Shown: in pieces, positions 50,753-60,805 of the stretch
Numbering within the stretch: the first letter of the stretch is position 1
Layout of the letters: the number at the start of each line of letters is the position of its first letter
Assembly (NCBI GenBank): GCA_963833095.1
Contig: CAWHWQ010000002.1
Coordinates: 192,001-256,000 of the forward strand
DNA: 64,000 bases
Origin: Vulcanimicrobiota bacterium
Lineage (GTDB): Bacteria > Vulcanimicrobiota > Vulcanimicrobiia > Vulcanimicrobiales > Vulcanimicrobiaceae
Direction of reading: 5' to 3'
Made by a program: the position numbers and the translations under genes
The notes under the pieces: generated by a model
Database searches by the model: none
Told to the model about the DNA's origin: nothing
Seen by the model: the letters and a program-made list of their open reading frames with translations, nothing else

Positions 50753-52252
50753 TTATTTCGCCGGTGCGATGATGTCGAGCAGCCCCAGATGGGAGCCGTC
50801 CTTTGAGGAAAACCACACCCAGGTATCGTCGAGATAATCCGAATGGATGAGCGGATGAAGGAGCGAGGCGCGCCGGTTTCCTTTTTCGTTGCGGCAGATA
50901 TCCTTGTAGGAGCGAATCTCGTTGCAGATCGGATCTTGAAAGTACCAGTAGTTCACCCAGAAGATCGGCGAACCGGCCTTCTTGGTGAGCACCGACTTGT
51001 CATCGCTGAAGATTTTGTCGAACGCCTTTCCCCGCCACTCTTCATAAGACACCGACGGCATCGTGCCGGCCACATTGAAGAAATAGCGCGTCTTTTCTAG
51101 CGACGAGCCGAGCATCGCAAAGGCGCGAACCAGCGCGAATTGCTCGGCCTCGAGCGCACCTTGCTCGCAGGCCTGCTTGAGCCGCGTAATTGCATCGGTA
51201 GCGATCGTTCCGCCTAGACTGTGCGAGAGCACGATGACCCGATCGTAGTCGTACCCACCGTTGCGCGCCGGCGTGACTGCGCGCATGATCGCGGTGACAG
51301 CGGTATCCATAATGGCATCGCGCATACCGTAGAACTTGGAGTCGTTCTCATCCCGCTCGGTGTAGATTTGGACGTCACCGAAGAATCCGACGATGAAATC
51401 GATGAGGAGCGCGTACCCGATTTGAAAGGCGAGGAAGATTCCAACCAGCAGCGCGACGCCAAACCAGCCCATCGAGCCCTTCGGAAATTTCGCAACCGCC
51501 ATCGCAAAGATCAACAGGCCACCGACGACCACGAGGATGCCGACAGCCAGCGCCCGATGCCAGATCGCCGCCGGATTGTCCAGCAGCGACTTACGCTGGA
51601 CCCATGTTTTGACGATCGCGGCGACCGCTTGGCCGACCAGAAACGCGCCGACGATACCGACCAGCAGCCAGACAACGATCTTGATGCGCGCGCCGCCCGG
51701 CGCCGATGCGTTTGCATTGAGCACCGTGATCGCTTCGCCTACGCTCGAATGCGTCATCAAGCCGGTGATGGTCAAAACCTGAATCGACGTGAGCCACACG
51801 GCGGTAATCGAAATGGCAAACAGGGCGAACGCGATGACCAAGGCACCGCCGATAAAGCCATAGTCGAAGAATTGCTTCCGAAAGGGCGCCTCGATGCGAG
51901 CCGTGGTATTGAACGGCGCAAACACGGAATTGAGAATCCACATCAATACCAAGAACCAATTGGTCGCGCCTTTGTCGATTGGACTCCAGTACGCCTCGAT
52001 CACGTCATAGAAGGTCTGCTTCGGCTTCAGGTAGTCGTCGCCGGCACGAAGGACGCGCGTCGTTGTTGGAAGCGGATCATCTTGCCCCGGTTCGAGCACG
52101 CCGCGTGGATTGATAACGCTCAGCTCCCAAGTAGGGCCGCCGTCGCGCTGGTTGAGGCGGGCGCACAAGTCGCCCGCGACTTGATCTTGGAACTCGTAGC
52201 GCGGGTGCGAGGCCACGCCATGCACCGCTACGATAGCTACCCGTTCACTCAT
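50753..52252 (-). CDS. Membrane protein with an alpha/beta-hydrolase-like domain
   Basis: VHGV, SHSLGG nucleophile elbow, QDPI and HSDY, with about 4 TM segments inserted. Confidence 0.65.
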   Translation of the reverse strand: MSERVAIVAVHGVASHPRYEFQDQVAGDLCARLNQRDGGPTWELSVINPRGVLEPGQDDPLPTTTRVLRAGDDYLKPKQTFYDVIEAYWSPIDKGATNWFLVLMWILNSVFAPFNTTARIEAPFRKQFFDYGFIGGALVIAFALFAISITAVWLTSIQVLTITGLMTHSSVGEAITVLNANASAPGGARIKIVVWLLVGIVGAFLVGQAVAAIVKTWVQRKSLLDNPAAIWHRALAVGILVVVGGLLIFAMAVAKFPKGSMGWFGVALLVGIFLAFQIGYALLIDFIVGFFGDVQIYTERDENDSKFYGMRDAIMDTAVTAIMRAVTPARNGGYDYDRVIVLSHSLGGTIATDAITRLKQACEQGALEAEQFALVRAFAMLGSSLEKTRYFFNVAGTMPSVSYEEWRGKAFDKIFSDDKSVLTKKAGSPIFWVNYWYFQDPICNEIRSYKDICRNEKGNRRASLLHPLIHSDYLDDTWVWFSSKDGSHLGLLDIIAPAK

Positions 52253-53820
52253 GTTTTCCACTCCCATGCGTTCCATGTCGGCAAAAAGGCATTCGGCGCA
52301 AAGCCCCGCAGCCGGTCCCGGTACGCGTACACGTAGCGAGCATTAAAAAGATAGAGCAACGGCACTTGATCGGCCACGCGCCGCGCGATTGCTCCGTACA
52401 GCGCGCGCCGCCGCGCTTGCGAGACGCTCGAGAGAGCCGCCCGTTCGAGGGCGTCGACGCGCGGATCGCACCAGTGCATGTAATTCGACGGCGCCCCGCA
52501 CGCCAGGATGTCGGAATCGTCCGGATCGGCGCCCATCGTAAACGGCACATAGGCGAGGTCGAAACGCCCGGCGGCCAAAATGCCGGTGACCGGTAAGAAG
52601 AGCTGCGCGTTGCTGATGCTCTCGACCGAGACGTCGATGCCGCGCTGGCGCAGCATCGCCTGCACTGCCTCCGCCACGTGCACGCCCGTCACCGACTCGG
52701 GGAACTGCGCGTACGTGAGATGCAACGCGCGCATGCCGTTTGCGCCGCGCTTCCAGCCCGCTGCATCGAGCAGCGCATCGGCGTCTCGCGGATTGTAGCC
52801 GGGCTCGCGAATCGACGGATCGTAGGCCCAGGAAAACGGGGGTTGCAACATGTTTGTAACGGGATACGCCCCCAGCGTAATCTTCGCACTGATGGTCGCG
52901 CGATCGATCGACATCGCGATCGCACGACGCACGCGCGCGTCCTTGAGCGGTGCATGCTCGGTATTAAAAACGAGCGCGGCCACGACCGCGGTCGGCGTGG
53001 TATAGAGTCGCACGTGTGAATCGCGAACAGCGATCGTACGCTGCGCCGGAGCAATCAAATTCCAATCGAGTGCGCCGGATTGCAGCATGAGCAGATTCGT
53101 CGACGGATCCGAGGCAATGCGCACGTCGAGCCGATCGACGGCCGGCTTGCCACGCCAGTAGCGTGGATTGGCGCGGTAGGTGAGCGATTCGCCGCGTGCC
53201 CATGCCACAAGCGTATACGGTCCGTCGCTTACGTAGGGCAGCCGCGAAAGCGGCACATGCGCCGGAAGCACGACTTGCGGAATGATCCCGTAGGAAAAAT
53301 ACGTCGACGTCGCGGGCGCCCACGCGCGCCGCAAATGCAAGATCACGGTATGCGCATCCGGCGCGGTGGCGCGATCGATCAGGTCGTAGCCTTCGCGGGA
53401 GCGCACGGGATTGCGCGGATCGAGGATCTGGCGCAGCGTGTACAGCACGTCCGTGCTGGTCAACGCGGCGCCGTCGCTCCAGCGGACATTGGGTCGCAAA
53501 CGGTAGATGATGGTTCGTCCGTCAGCGGAAAGATCGCCGTTCGCAAGGCTCGGAATCCGCGCGAGAAGCACCGGCACCGGGGCCCCATGCGGGTCCAGAT
53601 CGAGGAACGGCTCGTAGGCGAGGCGCGCAAGCTGCGCCTCGGCCGAGGACGCGTCCGGCTGAATGAAGAGCGGGTTGAGCGTCGAGGGATCTTTTGCAAG
53701 ATCGAACCGCACGAGTCCCGCCGGTGGCGCCGCGGGGCTGCCGCCTTTGGCGCAGGCAGCCCACGATGAAAATGCGAGGACCGAAATGGCAGCGGCCAGA
53801 TATCCTCTGGCGCTAAACAT
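52249..53820 (-). CDS. Peptide ABC transporter substrate-binding lipoprotein (family 5)
   Basis: Lipobox WAAC; TLNP, LRPNVRWSDG, GPY and DARVRRAIAMSIDR motifs. Confidence 0.9.
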   Translation of the reverse strand: MFSARGYLAAAISVLAFSSWAACAKGGSPAAPPAGLVRFDLAKDPSTLNPLFIQPDASSAEAQLARLAYEPFLDLDPHGAPVPVLLARIPSLANGDLSADGRTIIYRLRPNVRWSDGAALTSTDVLYTLRQILDPRNPVRSREGYDLIDRATAPDAHTVILHLRRAWAPATSTYFSYGIIPQVVLPAHVPLSRLPYVSDGPYTLVAWARGESLTYRANPRYWRGKPAVDRLDVRIASDPSTNLLMLQSGALDWNLIAPAQRTIAVRDSHVRLYTTPTAVVAALVFNTEHAPLKDARVRRAIAMSIDRATISAKITLGAYPVTNMLQPPFSWAYDPSIREPGYNPRDADALLDAAGWKRGANGMRALHLTYAQFPESVTGVHVAEAVQAMLRQRGIDVSVESISNAQLFLPVTGILAAGRFDLAYVPFTMGADPDDSDILACGAPSNYMHWCDPRVDALERAALSSVSQARRRALYGAIARRVADQVPLLYLFNARYVYAYRDRLRGFAPNAFLPTWNAWEWKT

Positions 53821-54223
53821 TAACCTTGCGTATGTGCTTTTGTTTCAATGATCCGTTTTCGAGAACATCATAGAAGACTCCCAATTGCATCTTGGCCGCC
53901 TGTTCTGCAATCGCGGGCCACGCTCGGAAGAAACACGCAAGCTGCCTCCTGATAGGCCGTGAGGAGAACCCGTTAGGCAAGAAAAATGCGCGCCCGCGGT
54001 ATTTTTGGTAGAGCGCGCACTCAACATGAGTCTTTCCTCTCGTTTTTATTTGTGCCTGATCGGCCGTAATAACCACCAGTCCATCTCGGCAAACGCGAGG
54101 TATCCATTCACTATCTTTTGTGTCGGCGCGGTAGAGATCCGTCAAGTGAATAACATCTTCGCCGAACAACTTAAGAGCGGCGGAAAAGTTCGGCGAAATA
54201 CAGGCGTCGAGAAAGAACGTCAA
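53813..54223 (-). CDS. VapC45-like PIN-domain toxin
   Basis: FFLDACI...TKDSEWI...VVITADQ PIN-like pattern. Coupled to a DUF433 gene. Confidence 0.75.
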   Translation of the reverse strand: MTFFLDACISPNFSAALKLFGEDVIHLTDLYRADTKDSEWIPRVCRDGLVVITADQAQIKTRGKTHVECALYQKYRGRAFFLPNGFSSRPIRRQLACFFRAWPAIAEQAAKMQLGVFYDVLENGSLKQKHIRKVNV

Positions 54224-54963
54224 GCGGCCAATTCTAGCCTTGTCTCGTACTCGATCGCATCTTCGACACCGTTCTCAGACACTCGATACCAGGCCGCAAT
54301 CCGCTTGATCGGTTCCCCCGCCTTATGCATCCCATAAAGAGCGTACGTTGGAACACCCGTCTCGCGGTTAATAGGCGCGCCAAACGAACGCTCCGGGTCT
54401 AAGACGACGGACTTGCCCTTACCGAGTGGCGTGATTTCTCTTGCAACATCGCCATCGTAAACGACGATATCGTGCAGAAGTGGCTTCACTATCGTCTCGA
54501 ACGCTCTATTACCCGATGCCAGCTCTACGAGACCCCCATCTCCGCTAGACTTCTTCGCAAAAATCCCGCCACCGTAGAGACTATATTTTCTAGTGGCAAA
54601 CGGATATGCCCCGAACTCCGCCCTCGCCGCCGAGTACGCATCTCGAATATCCCGCGTCCGGACATTTTCAGCGCGCATTGCAGCAACCGTCATAAGCTCG
54701 ATTAGCTCAAGAAATCTAATAGTGTCTCGTTCCGCAATCTTCAGATTTGCCGAATGAACGACGGCGGCGTAGCTCTTGATAAACTCTTTTCTGCCGCGTC
54801 GCCAGCGTCTCAGACTGGCCTGCGCAATCTTTGTTCGCAGGGCTTCTGTCAGGATTCGAGCGGTATCAGCAACGGAGTATAGGCCAACACCAAGCAGGTC
54901 GTCGGCATCGAACGCCAAGCTCACGCGAAAATCACCATCTTGCGCCAGACTTGGGCGAGCCAT
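54220..54963 (-). CDS. VapB45-like antitoxin (HTH + DUF433)
   Basis: GLYSVADTARIL HTH; VVLDPERSFGAP...GVPT...IAAWY...VEDAIEYE DUF433. Confidence 0.85.
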   Translation of the reverse strand: MARPSLAQDGDFRVSLAFDADDLLGVGLYSVADTARILTEALRTKIAQASLRRWRRGRKEFIKSYAAVVHSANLKIAERDTIRFLELIELMTVAAMRAENVRTRDIRDAYSAARAEFGAYPFATRKYSLYGGGIFAKKSSGDGGLVELASGNRAFETIVKPLLHDIVVYDGDVAREITPLGKGKSVVLDPERSFGAPINRETGVPTYALYGMHKAGEPIKRIAAWYRVSENGVEDAIEYETRLELAA

Positions 54964-55003
54964 TCAACTAAACCCCTCACCCGCTAAGGGCACCAAAGTT
55001 ATA

Positions 55004-55017
55004 CGAACGTATGTTCG
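55004..55017. promoter_or_regulatory. LexA (SOS/Cheo) box
   Basis: Perfect CGAAC-GTAT-GTTCG abutting a minus-strand -10 (TATAAC, 54998-55003), about 40 bp upstream of the antitoxin. Confidence 0.75.
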
Positions 55018-55083
55018 AGTTTGCTCGATGAATGCCTTTTCTTCGAACGGCTGCTCTGGGCAAGTCGGGCGCTGCCCGATGCC

Positions 55084-55112
55084 TTGAACGAACGAATGTG
55101 GGGTGGTATAGT
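55084..55112 (+). promoter_or_regulatory. Sigma70-type promoter for lrp-kdd-kamA
   Basis: TTGAAC-N17-TATAGT with an extended TG. Confidence 0.65.
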
Positions 55113-55157
55113 CAGATCGCCGAATAGCTTGCGGCAAGAAATGCGAATCTGGCGAAT

Positions 55158-55626
55158 ATGATTATCTCCGAGGACCTCGATCAGCTCGACCTTGCGCTGT
55201 TGGACGCACTTCAGCGCAATGGACGCTCGACCTTCGCCGAGCTCGGCGCATTGGTTGGGCTCAAGCCGCCCGCCGTCCACGATCGCGTGAAGCGGCTCGA
55301 ACAGCGCGGCCACATCCGCGGCTACAGTGCGCAACTCGACGGTCGCAGTCTGGGCCTCGAACTGATCGCCTTCGTGAGTTGTTATACGACTCCGGACGCC
55401 GCTTACGATCGGTTTACCAAAAGCTTGAGTGAGATGCCCGAAGTGTGCGAGGTCCATTCCGTGGCGGGCGAAGAGTCGTTCGTCTGCAAAGTGATGACGC
55501 GCTCGACGCACCACCTCGACGAGTTGCTCTCTCGTCTCAAGGCGACTGCCGGGCATGGCGCGCACCAAAACCACGATCGTCCTTTCGACACCGTTCGAAC
55601 GCGACGGTATCTCGGTGCGCTCGTGA
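55158..55626 (+). CDS. Lrp/AsnC family regulator (frameshift near 55547)
   Basis: LDQLDLALLDALQRNGR...VHDRVKRLE HTH and EVHSVAGE. C-terminus RTKTTIVLS lies in the shifted frame. Confidence 0.88.
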
Positions 55627-56700
55627 GCATCGCGCCTGGGCGACGATTGCATCCGCTGGGCACGCATCGCGTGATAGATCCGGCCGGCGCCATGCCGCAG
55701 AACGCTTGGAAGGTCGACAACACGCCGGTCGCGCTTGATAACGAAATTCTGTGCGAAGTCGAAGTGCTCAATATCGACTCGGCTTCGTTCAAGCAGATCG
55801 CCGACGCATGCGACGGAAACGCCGCGCGGATTGCGGAGCACGTTGAGGGCACCGTCCGCGAACGCGGCAAGCAGCATAACCCGGTCACCGGCAGCGGCGG
55901 CATGTTCATCGGTTACGTTCGGCAGATCGGCAAGCGATCTGCGCGACTCGCTCGACCTTCACGCGGGCGAACGCATCGCCTCGCTCGTCTCGCTCACGCT
56001 CACGCCGCTGCACATCGAATCCGTCGAACGCGTCTGACTTGACAACCGGGCGCATTTGGATTCGCGGGAAGGCGTGCTGTTCGATCCGGCCTGTGGGCCA
56101 CGCTGCCGGACGACATCGATGAAAACGTCGCGCTTGCCGTGCTCGATGTCGCGGGCGCGCCGGCACAAGTTCGCCGTCTCTGCGAGCCGGGACAAACCGT
56201 CGTCAATTATCGGCGCCGACGGCAAGAGTGGAATGCTCGCGTGCGCGCAAGCCAAAGCGCGCGTTGGTTCGAGCGGCCACGTCATCGGCATCGCTCCGTC
56301 GGATCAGACCGAAGCAGCAAGACTGCTCGTCGAGCATGGCTTGGTCGACCGTTTCATCGTCGCCGACGCTCGCGACGCGCTCGACCTTAGCGAAAAGGTT
56401 GCGCTGCACGCACTGCAGCTCGCCGACGTGACGATCAATTGCGTCAACGTCCCCGGAACCGAGCTGGCCTCGATCCTGTGCACCAAGGACCGAGGTACCG
56501 TGTACTTCTTCTCGATGTCGACGTCATTCACTGCGGCCGCCCTCGGCGCCGAGGGCGTCGGCAAAGACGTCACGATGATCGTCGGCAACGGCTACGTGCG
56601 CGGTCACGCGGAGACCGCCTTGCAGACGCTGCGCGATCACCCCGCGATTCACGCCTACTTCACACGCCACGCTACGCCGACCGCATCAAGGAACCAGTAA
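55623..56700 (+). CDS. kdd: L-erythro-3,5-diaminohexanoate dehydrogenase (frameshifted)
   Basis: GTHRVI, LNIDSASF, RGKQHNPVTGSGGM, SLVSLTLTPL and FFSMSTSFTAAALGAEGVGKDV motifs. Confidence 0.88.
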
Positions 56701-56703
56701 ACC

Positions 56704-58082
56704 ATGAGCGAGATCACGCATCTCAAGCCGCCCGTCCCGCCGTCGCAGTTCGAATACAAGCACCTCAAGCAGGGCGAGTTTTGGCGTCACATTCCCGCCT
56801 ATCGCGAGATCGACGAGGCGACGTTTCTCGATCATCTCTGGCAGCAGAAAAATGCGGTCAAAACGCCGCAAGAACTGCTCGCGACGATCAAAGATCTCGT
56901 GCTCGCCCGGAGTTCTTTGCCGACGTGGAAGAAGGCTTCGCGCGCGCGCCGATGGCCGTGCGCGTCTCGCCGTACGCGCTCGCGCTGATCGACTGGAAGG
57001 ATCCCGTCAACGATCCGATTCGCCGCCAGTTCGTTCCGCTTGCCTCCGCGCTGCTGCCCGATCATCCGCGGCTGACGCTCGACTCGCTGCACGAACAGGA
57101 CGACTCGCCGGTTCCAGGCCTCGTGCACCGCTACGTCGACAAGGCGCTCTTTCTTCCGCTCAACACGTGTCCGGTCTACTGCCGCTTCTGCACGCGCAGC
57201 TACGCGATCGGCCCGGATACCGAGAACGTCGACAAAGTCGCGCTCGCCAAAACGCCCAAGCAATGGGAAGACGCGTTCCAATACATCAGCGAGCGGCCCG
57301 AGCTCGAAGACATCGTCATCTCCGGCGGCGACACGTATCAGCTTCCGCCGAAGAACATCGAGCTCATCGGCAACGCGTTGCTCGACATTCCGCACGTGCG
57401 CCGCATGCGCTTTGCGACTAAAGGCCCGGCGATCATGCCGATGAAGATCATGACCGACACCGCGTGGCTCGATGCGCTCACGGCGATCGTCGACCGCGGC
57501 CGCGCGATGGGCAAGGACGTCGTGCTGCACACGCACTTCAACGCCCCGAAGAGATCACGTGGATCACGGAAAAGGCGATGCGCTCTGCTCTTCGAGCGCG
57601 GCATCTTCGTGCGCAACCAGTCGGTGCTGATCCGCGGCGTCAACGACACGCCCGAACGCATGGCGCTGCTGGTCAAGCGGCTCGAGTACGTCAACGTTCA
57701 TCCGTACTACGTCTACATGCACGACATGGTCAAGGGCGTCGAGGAGCTGCGCACGACGATCGCAGACCGTCGATCGAGATCGAGAAGTTCGTGCGCGGCG
57801 AACCGCCGGCTTCAACACGCCGACTGTTCATCTGCGATGCGCCGGGCGGCGGCGGGAAGCGCGACGTCCACTCGTTCGACTACTACGATCGCGAGAACGG
57901 CATCTGCGTCTACACCGCGCCGAGCCGTCAAACCGGACAAGGCGTTCGTCTACTTCGATCCGATCGATAAGCTCTCGCCCGACGCGCAAGCGCGCTGGGC
58001 CGTCAAGGAGCTTGCCGACCAGATGATCCGCGAAGCCCTTCGTAGGGCGGGCGACGCGGCCGACGAGTTGGTCCTGGCATAA
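56704..58082 (+). CDS. kamA: KamA family radical SAM lysine 2,3-aminomutase (frameshifted)
   Basis: GLVHRY, CPVYCRFC, ISGGD, RNQSVLIRGVND, PYYVY and DAPGGGGK (PLP Lys region). Confidence 0.88.
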
Positions 58083-58116
58083 TCTGGCACCCGCAGGAGG
58101 CGGGTCGAGGTTCGGA

Positions 58117-58797
58117 GTGCAGGAAGCACGACCGCCGAAGGCGGACCGAACCGTGGTGAATGAGAAGGCCTTTCGCCTCGACTTCTTCATTGCGATTGCC
58201 GCGCTGCTGGTCAGCACGCTGACGGCTGCGACGTTGCTCTACCAGACGCACGTCATCAGCGACCAGTACGCGGCGACCATCTGGCCCTATCTGAGCAGCG
58301 GGTCGACCGCAGATCCCAACGGCGTAGCGCTTACGGTTGCGAACGACGGGTTAGGACCCGCGCTGATCGAATCGGCGCAGCTTTCCATCGACGGTGTCCC
58401 CGTCCCGTCGTGGGGCGCATACTTCGCGCGACTCACGCGCGACCCGATCCTACGCGTCTACTTTTTAAAGGTGCGCCGGCTTAGTGCGGCCGGAAAATTA
58501 CCGTCCGACGCGGGCATCACAACGGGATCGATCAGCCCCGGCACCACCATTCGGCCGGGGGACAAGCTCACGATCCTGCACGTGCACCTGCCGGGCCTAC
58601 CGCTGCCGGCCGTGCTGCGCCACGCGTTGGTCCTAGATTTCTGTTACTGCTCGCTCAACGGGAGCTGCTGGACGCTGCACAACGACACCGAATCCGAAAA
58701 AAGCGAGCAGCCCAAACCGGTCTCGCACTGCACGACCTCGGCAGCGATCAGTGCATCGTTTGCTACGTCCCCTTCTGTGCGCCCGCGTAGAAAATGA
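58117..58797 (+). CDS. Hypothetical membrane-anchored protein
   Basis: One TM; IWPYL, NDGLGPALI and CYCSLNGSCW conserved-looking motifs. Confidence 0.65.
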   Translation: MQEARPPKADRTVVNEKAFRLDFFIAIAALLVSTLTAATLLYQTHVISDQYAATIWPYLSSGSTADPNGVALTVANDGLGPALIESAQLSIDGVPVPSWGAYFARLTRDPILRVYFLKVRRLSAAGKLPSDAGITTGSISPGTTIRPGDKLTILHVHLPGLPLPAVLRHALVLDFCYCSLNGSCWTLHNDTESEKSEQPKPVSHCTTSAAISASFATSPSVRPRRK

Positions 58798-60805
58798 CTT
58801 TGAAGATCGCTTGCGGGACCGTGATAAGCGTGTTTGGATTGCCGTAGGCGAGATAGAACTCTTCGCTGCGGAGCCGCAAGTGATAGGCGACGGAGATGTT
58901 CGTGCAGGTTCCCTCGCAGTTGCCCCCGCCATTCGGTTGCGGCGGCATGCCGACGACCTTGCGCACGCCGATCGCAAACGACGAGCTTCGATCGATTTGA
59001 TAGCTGTAACTCACGCTGTCGAACCATTGGATGTTATCGGGGCCGTACTCGCGCAGCCATTGCGCGGTATTGTCGACGGCAAACGTTAGGTACCCGCGCT
59101 CGCCGATGCGCATCGTCGTGCTGCGATACCACGTATCGAGGCGGCCGAGCCCATAGCGTCCGGTATAATATTGAATCTGCGTCGGGGTCGCGGATGATCC
59201 GTGCGACGGAAAGTTGCCGACGTTGTTCTGCGTACCGCTGTGATACGTGAGGCTGAACCCTCCGTTCTGCGAGATCGGCGTCATCACGTCTCCGAAGCGC
59301 CAATAACTGGAGCCGGAGAAGAGCTGCAAATCGATTGTGCTCTTCGTCAGCAGGTCGAGGAGGATCTGGTTGTCCGTTTGCGCTTGCCCGTATTGCACGC
59401 CTTGATACCGATCCATGAAGAGGCTCACGCCGGCGGAAAGCAGCTTGTCGTTTGGCGAGAGGGTCCAGATGCGCGCGGTGTAGAGCCCGTAACCGGCGAT
59501 TCCGGGGTGTGAATCGAATCCGTCAACCGGATTGAACTGGCTGCCGACTTTGCGGACCGATCCGTAGAGCGCGAACTTCTGATTGCCCCAGCCGCCGCCC
59601 GCGTCGAGCCACCGTCCTTGCGAGGGATCGGTCACGAGGGTGCCCGATTCAATCGCATCGTTGGCGTAAAAGCTGAGGTACTTGCCGTTCCACCAGTTCA
59701 CGCCGGCCTCGTTCGTGTCGTCCTGAAGCCCCGGAATATCCGTGATTACGTGCTGAAACGCGCCGCCCCAATGCGTGTCCGGCGAGGTATAGTTCAGCGC
59801 CGCCGCGGCGTCGGTTCGATCGTCGCCGATGGCGTCGAAGGCGGCAAGCCCGAATTCGCCCTGCTTGCCCTCGAGCGCGTAGCCTTGAGTGGGCGTGGGT
59901 ATTCCCGGTGTGTACAGCGTCGTGCGATAACCGTTACACACGTTGCAGTTGAAGTCGTTGAAGAAGCTCGCCGCCTGCGTGAAGAACGGGCGCACCTCGC
60001 TATAGGTGCGCTGGAAAACCGTCGGCGAGATCGATTGCTGATCGAGTTCGACGTTCGAGTAGTCGGGATGAAGTGTCCCGAAGAACGAGGCCGTCTGCGC
60101 GATCGGGATCGAGAAATCCATGCCCACGCGCGAGGTGCTACCGCCGATCGTACGGCTTGCTGCCTCTCCCAACGCATAGGGCGCGACGCGCGGACGCGGT
60201 AGCGGCTGCTTCGCAATCTGCGTGAACGTCACGCTGCCGGCGCGCGCGGCATCATCGGGATTCTGCTGCGCCGGATCGTACGACCACACGTCGAGATCGC
60301 CGGTCGATCGAACGTACCGCACGAACTGCACGCGCCACGTCCCAGCGTGCGCCCCGTGAACGACGGCGAGCGGAATGGCCATCGTTACCGTGTAGCCGTC
60401 CTTGGTTCGCTCTCCATGCGATTCCCAATGCGGCGAGAAGCCCACATTCTCGCTCGAGGCCTCGTTATGAGCCCCGATCGGGTTCGACTCGAACTGATAC
60501 TGAAATCCCGCCGGACCGGTCGGCCACAAGTCGACCCACACGGCGTCGTCGCTCCAGGCGATGCCGCCGCCGATGTTACTTCCGCCGGTGACGGTATCGT
60601 CAGCGTGTTGCGTTGCGGTAATCGACTCGGTCTGCACAGCATCGAAACGCACATAGAGCATTTTTCCGTCGCTCCACACGTAGGCGTCGGTTTTATCCTG
60701 GGCGGGGCGCGCGTGATCGACATCCCACGCCAACGTCACGTGCGCCGCCGGCGTCGCCGTGGGGACAGCGAACGCTCCGATGAGCGCGAGCAAGGATGCT
60801 ATCAC
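58763..60805 (-). CDS. CBM9-like/DUF5916-type outer-membrane protein
   Basis: Signal; CBM9-like N-domain (LYVRFDA, YTVTMAIPL); LHPDYSNVELD and EVRPFF motifs; beta-barrel-like C-terminus. Confidence 0.7.
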   Translation of the reverse strand: MIASLLALIGAFAVPTATPAAHVTLAWDVDHARPAQDKTDAYVWSDGKMLYVRFDAVQTESITATQHADDTVTGGSNIGGGIAWSDDAVWVDLWPTGPAGFQYQFESNPIGAHNEASSENVGFSPHWESHGERTKDGYTVTMAIPLAVVHGAHAGTWRVQFVRYVRSTGDLDVWSYDPAQQNPDDAARAGSVTFTQIAKQPLPRPRVAPYALGEAASRTIGGSTSRVGMDFSIPIAQTASFFGTLHPDYSNVELDQQSISPTVFQRTYSEVRPFFTQAASFFNDFNCNVCNGYRTTLYTPGIPTPTQGYALEGKQGEFGLAAFDAIGDDRTDAAAALNYTSPDTHWGGAFQHVITDIPGLQDDTNEAGVNWWNGKYLSFYANDAIESGTLVTDPSQGRWLDAGGGWGNQKFALYGSVRKVGSQFNPVDGFDSHPGIAGYGLYTARIWTLSPNDKLLSAGVSLFMDRYQGVQYGQAQTDNQILLDLLTKSTIDLQLFSGSSYWRFGDVMTPISQNGGFSLTYHSGTQNNVGNFPSHGSSATPTQIQYYTGRYGLGRLDTWYRSTTMRIGERGYLTFAVDNTAQWLREYGPDNIQWFDSVSYSYQIDRSSSFAIGVRKVVGMPPQPNGGGNCEGTCTNISVAYHLRLRSEEFYLAYGNPNTLITVPQAIFKVIFYAGAQKGT

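Noticed and set aside
55158..56042. Apparent Lrp-Kdd fusion protein (294-aa ORF)
   Set aside because: A frameshift near 55547 joins them. The normal Lrp C-terminus (RTKTTIVLS) and stop at 55626 exist in another frame, overlapping the kdd GTG.
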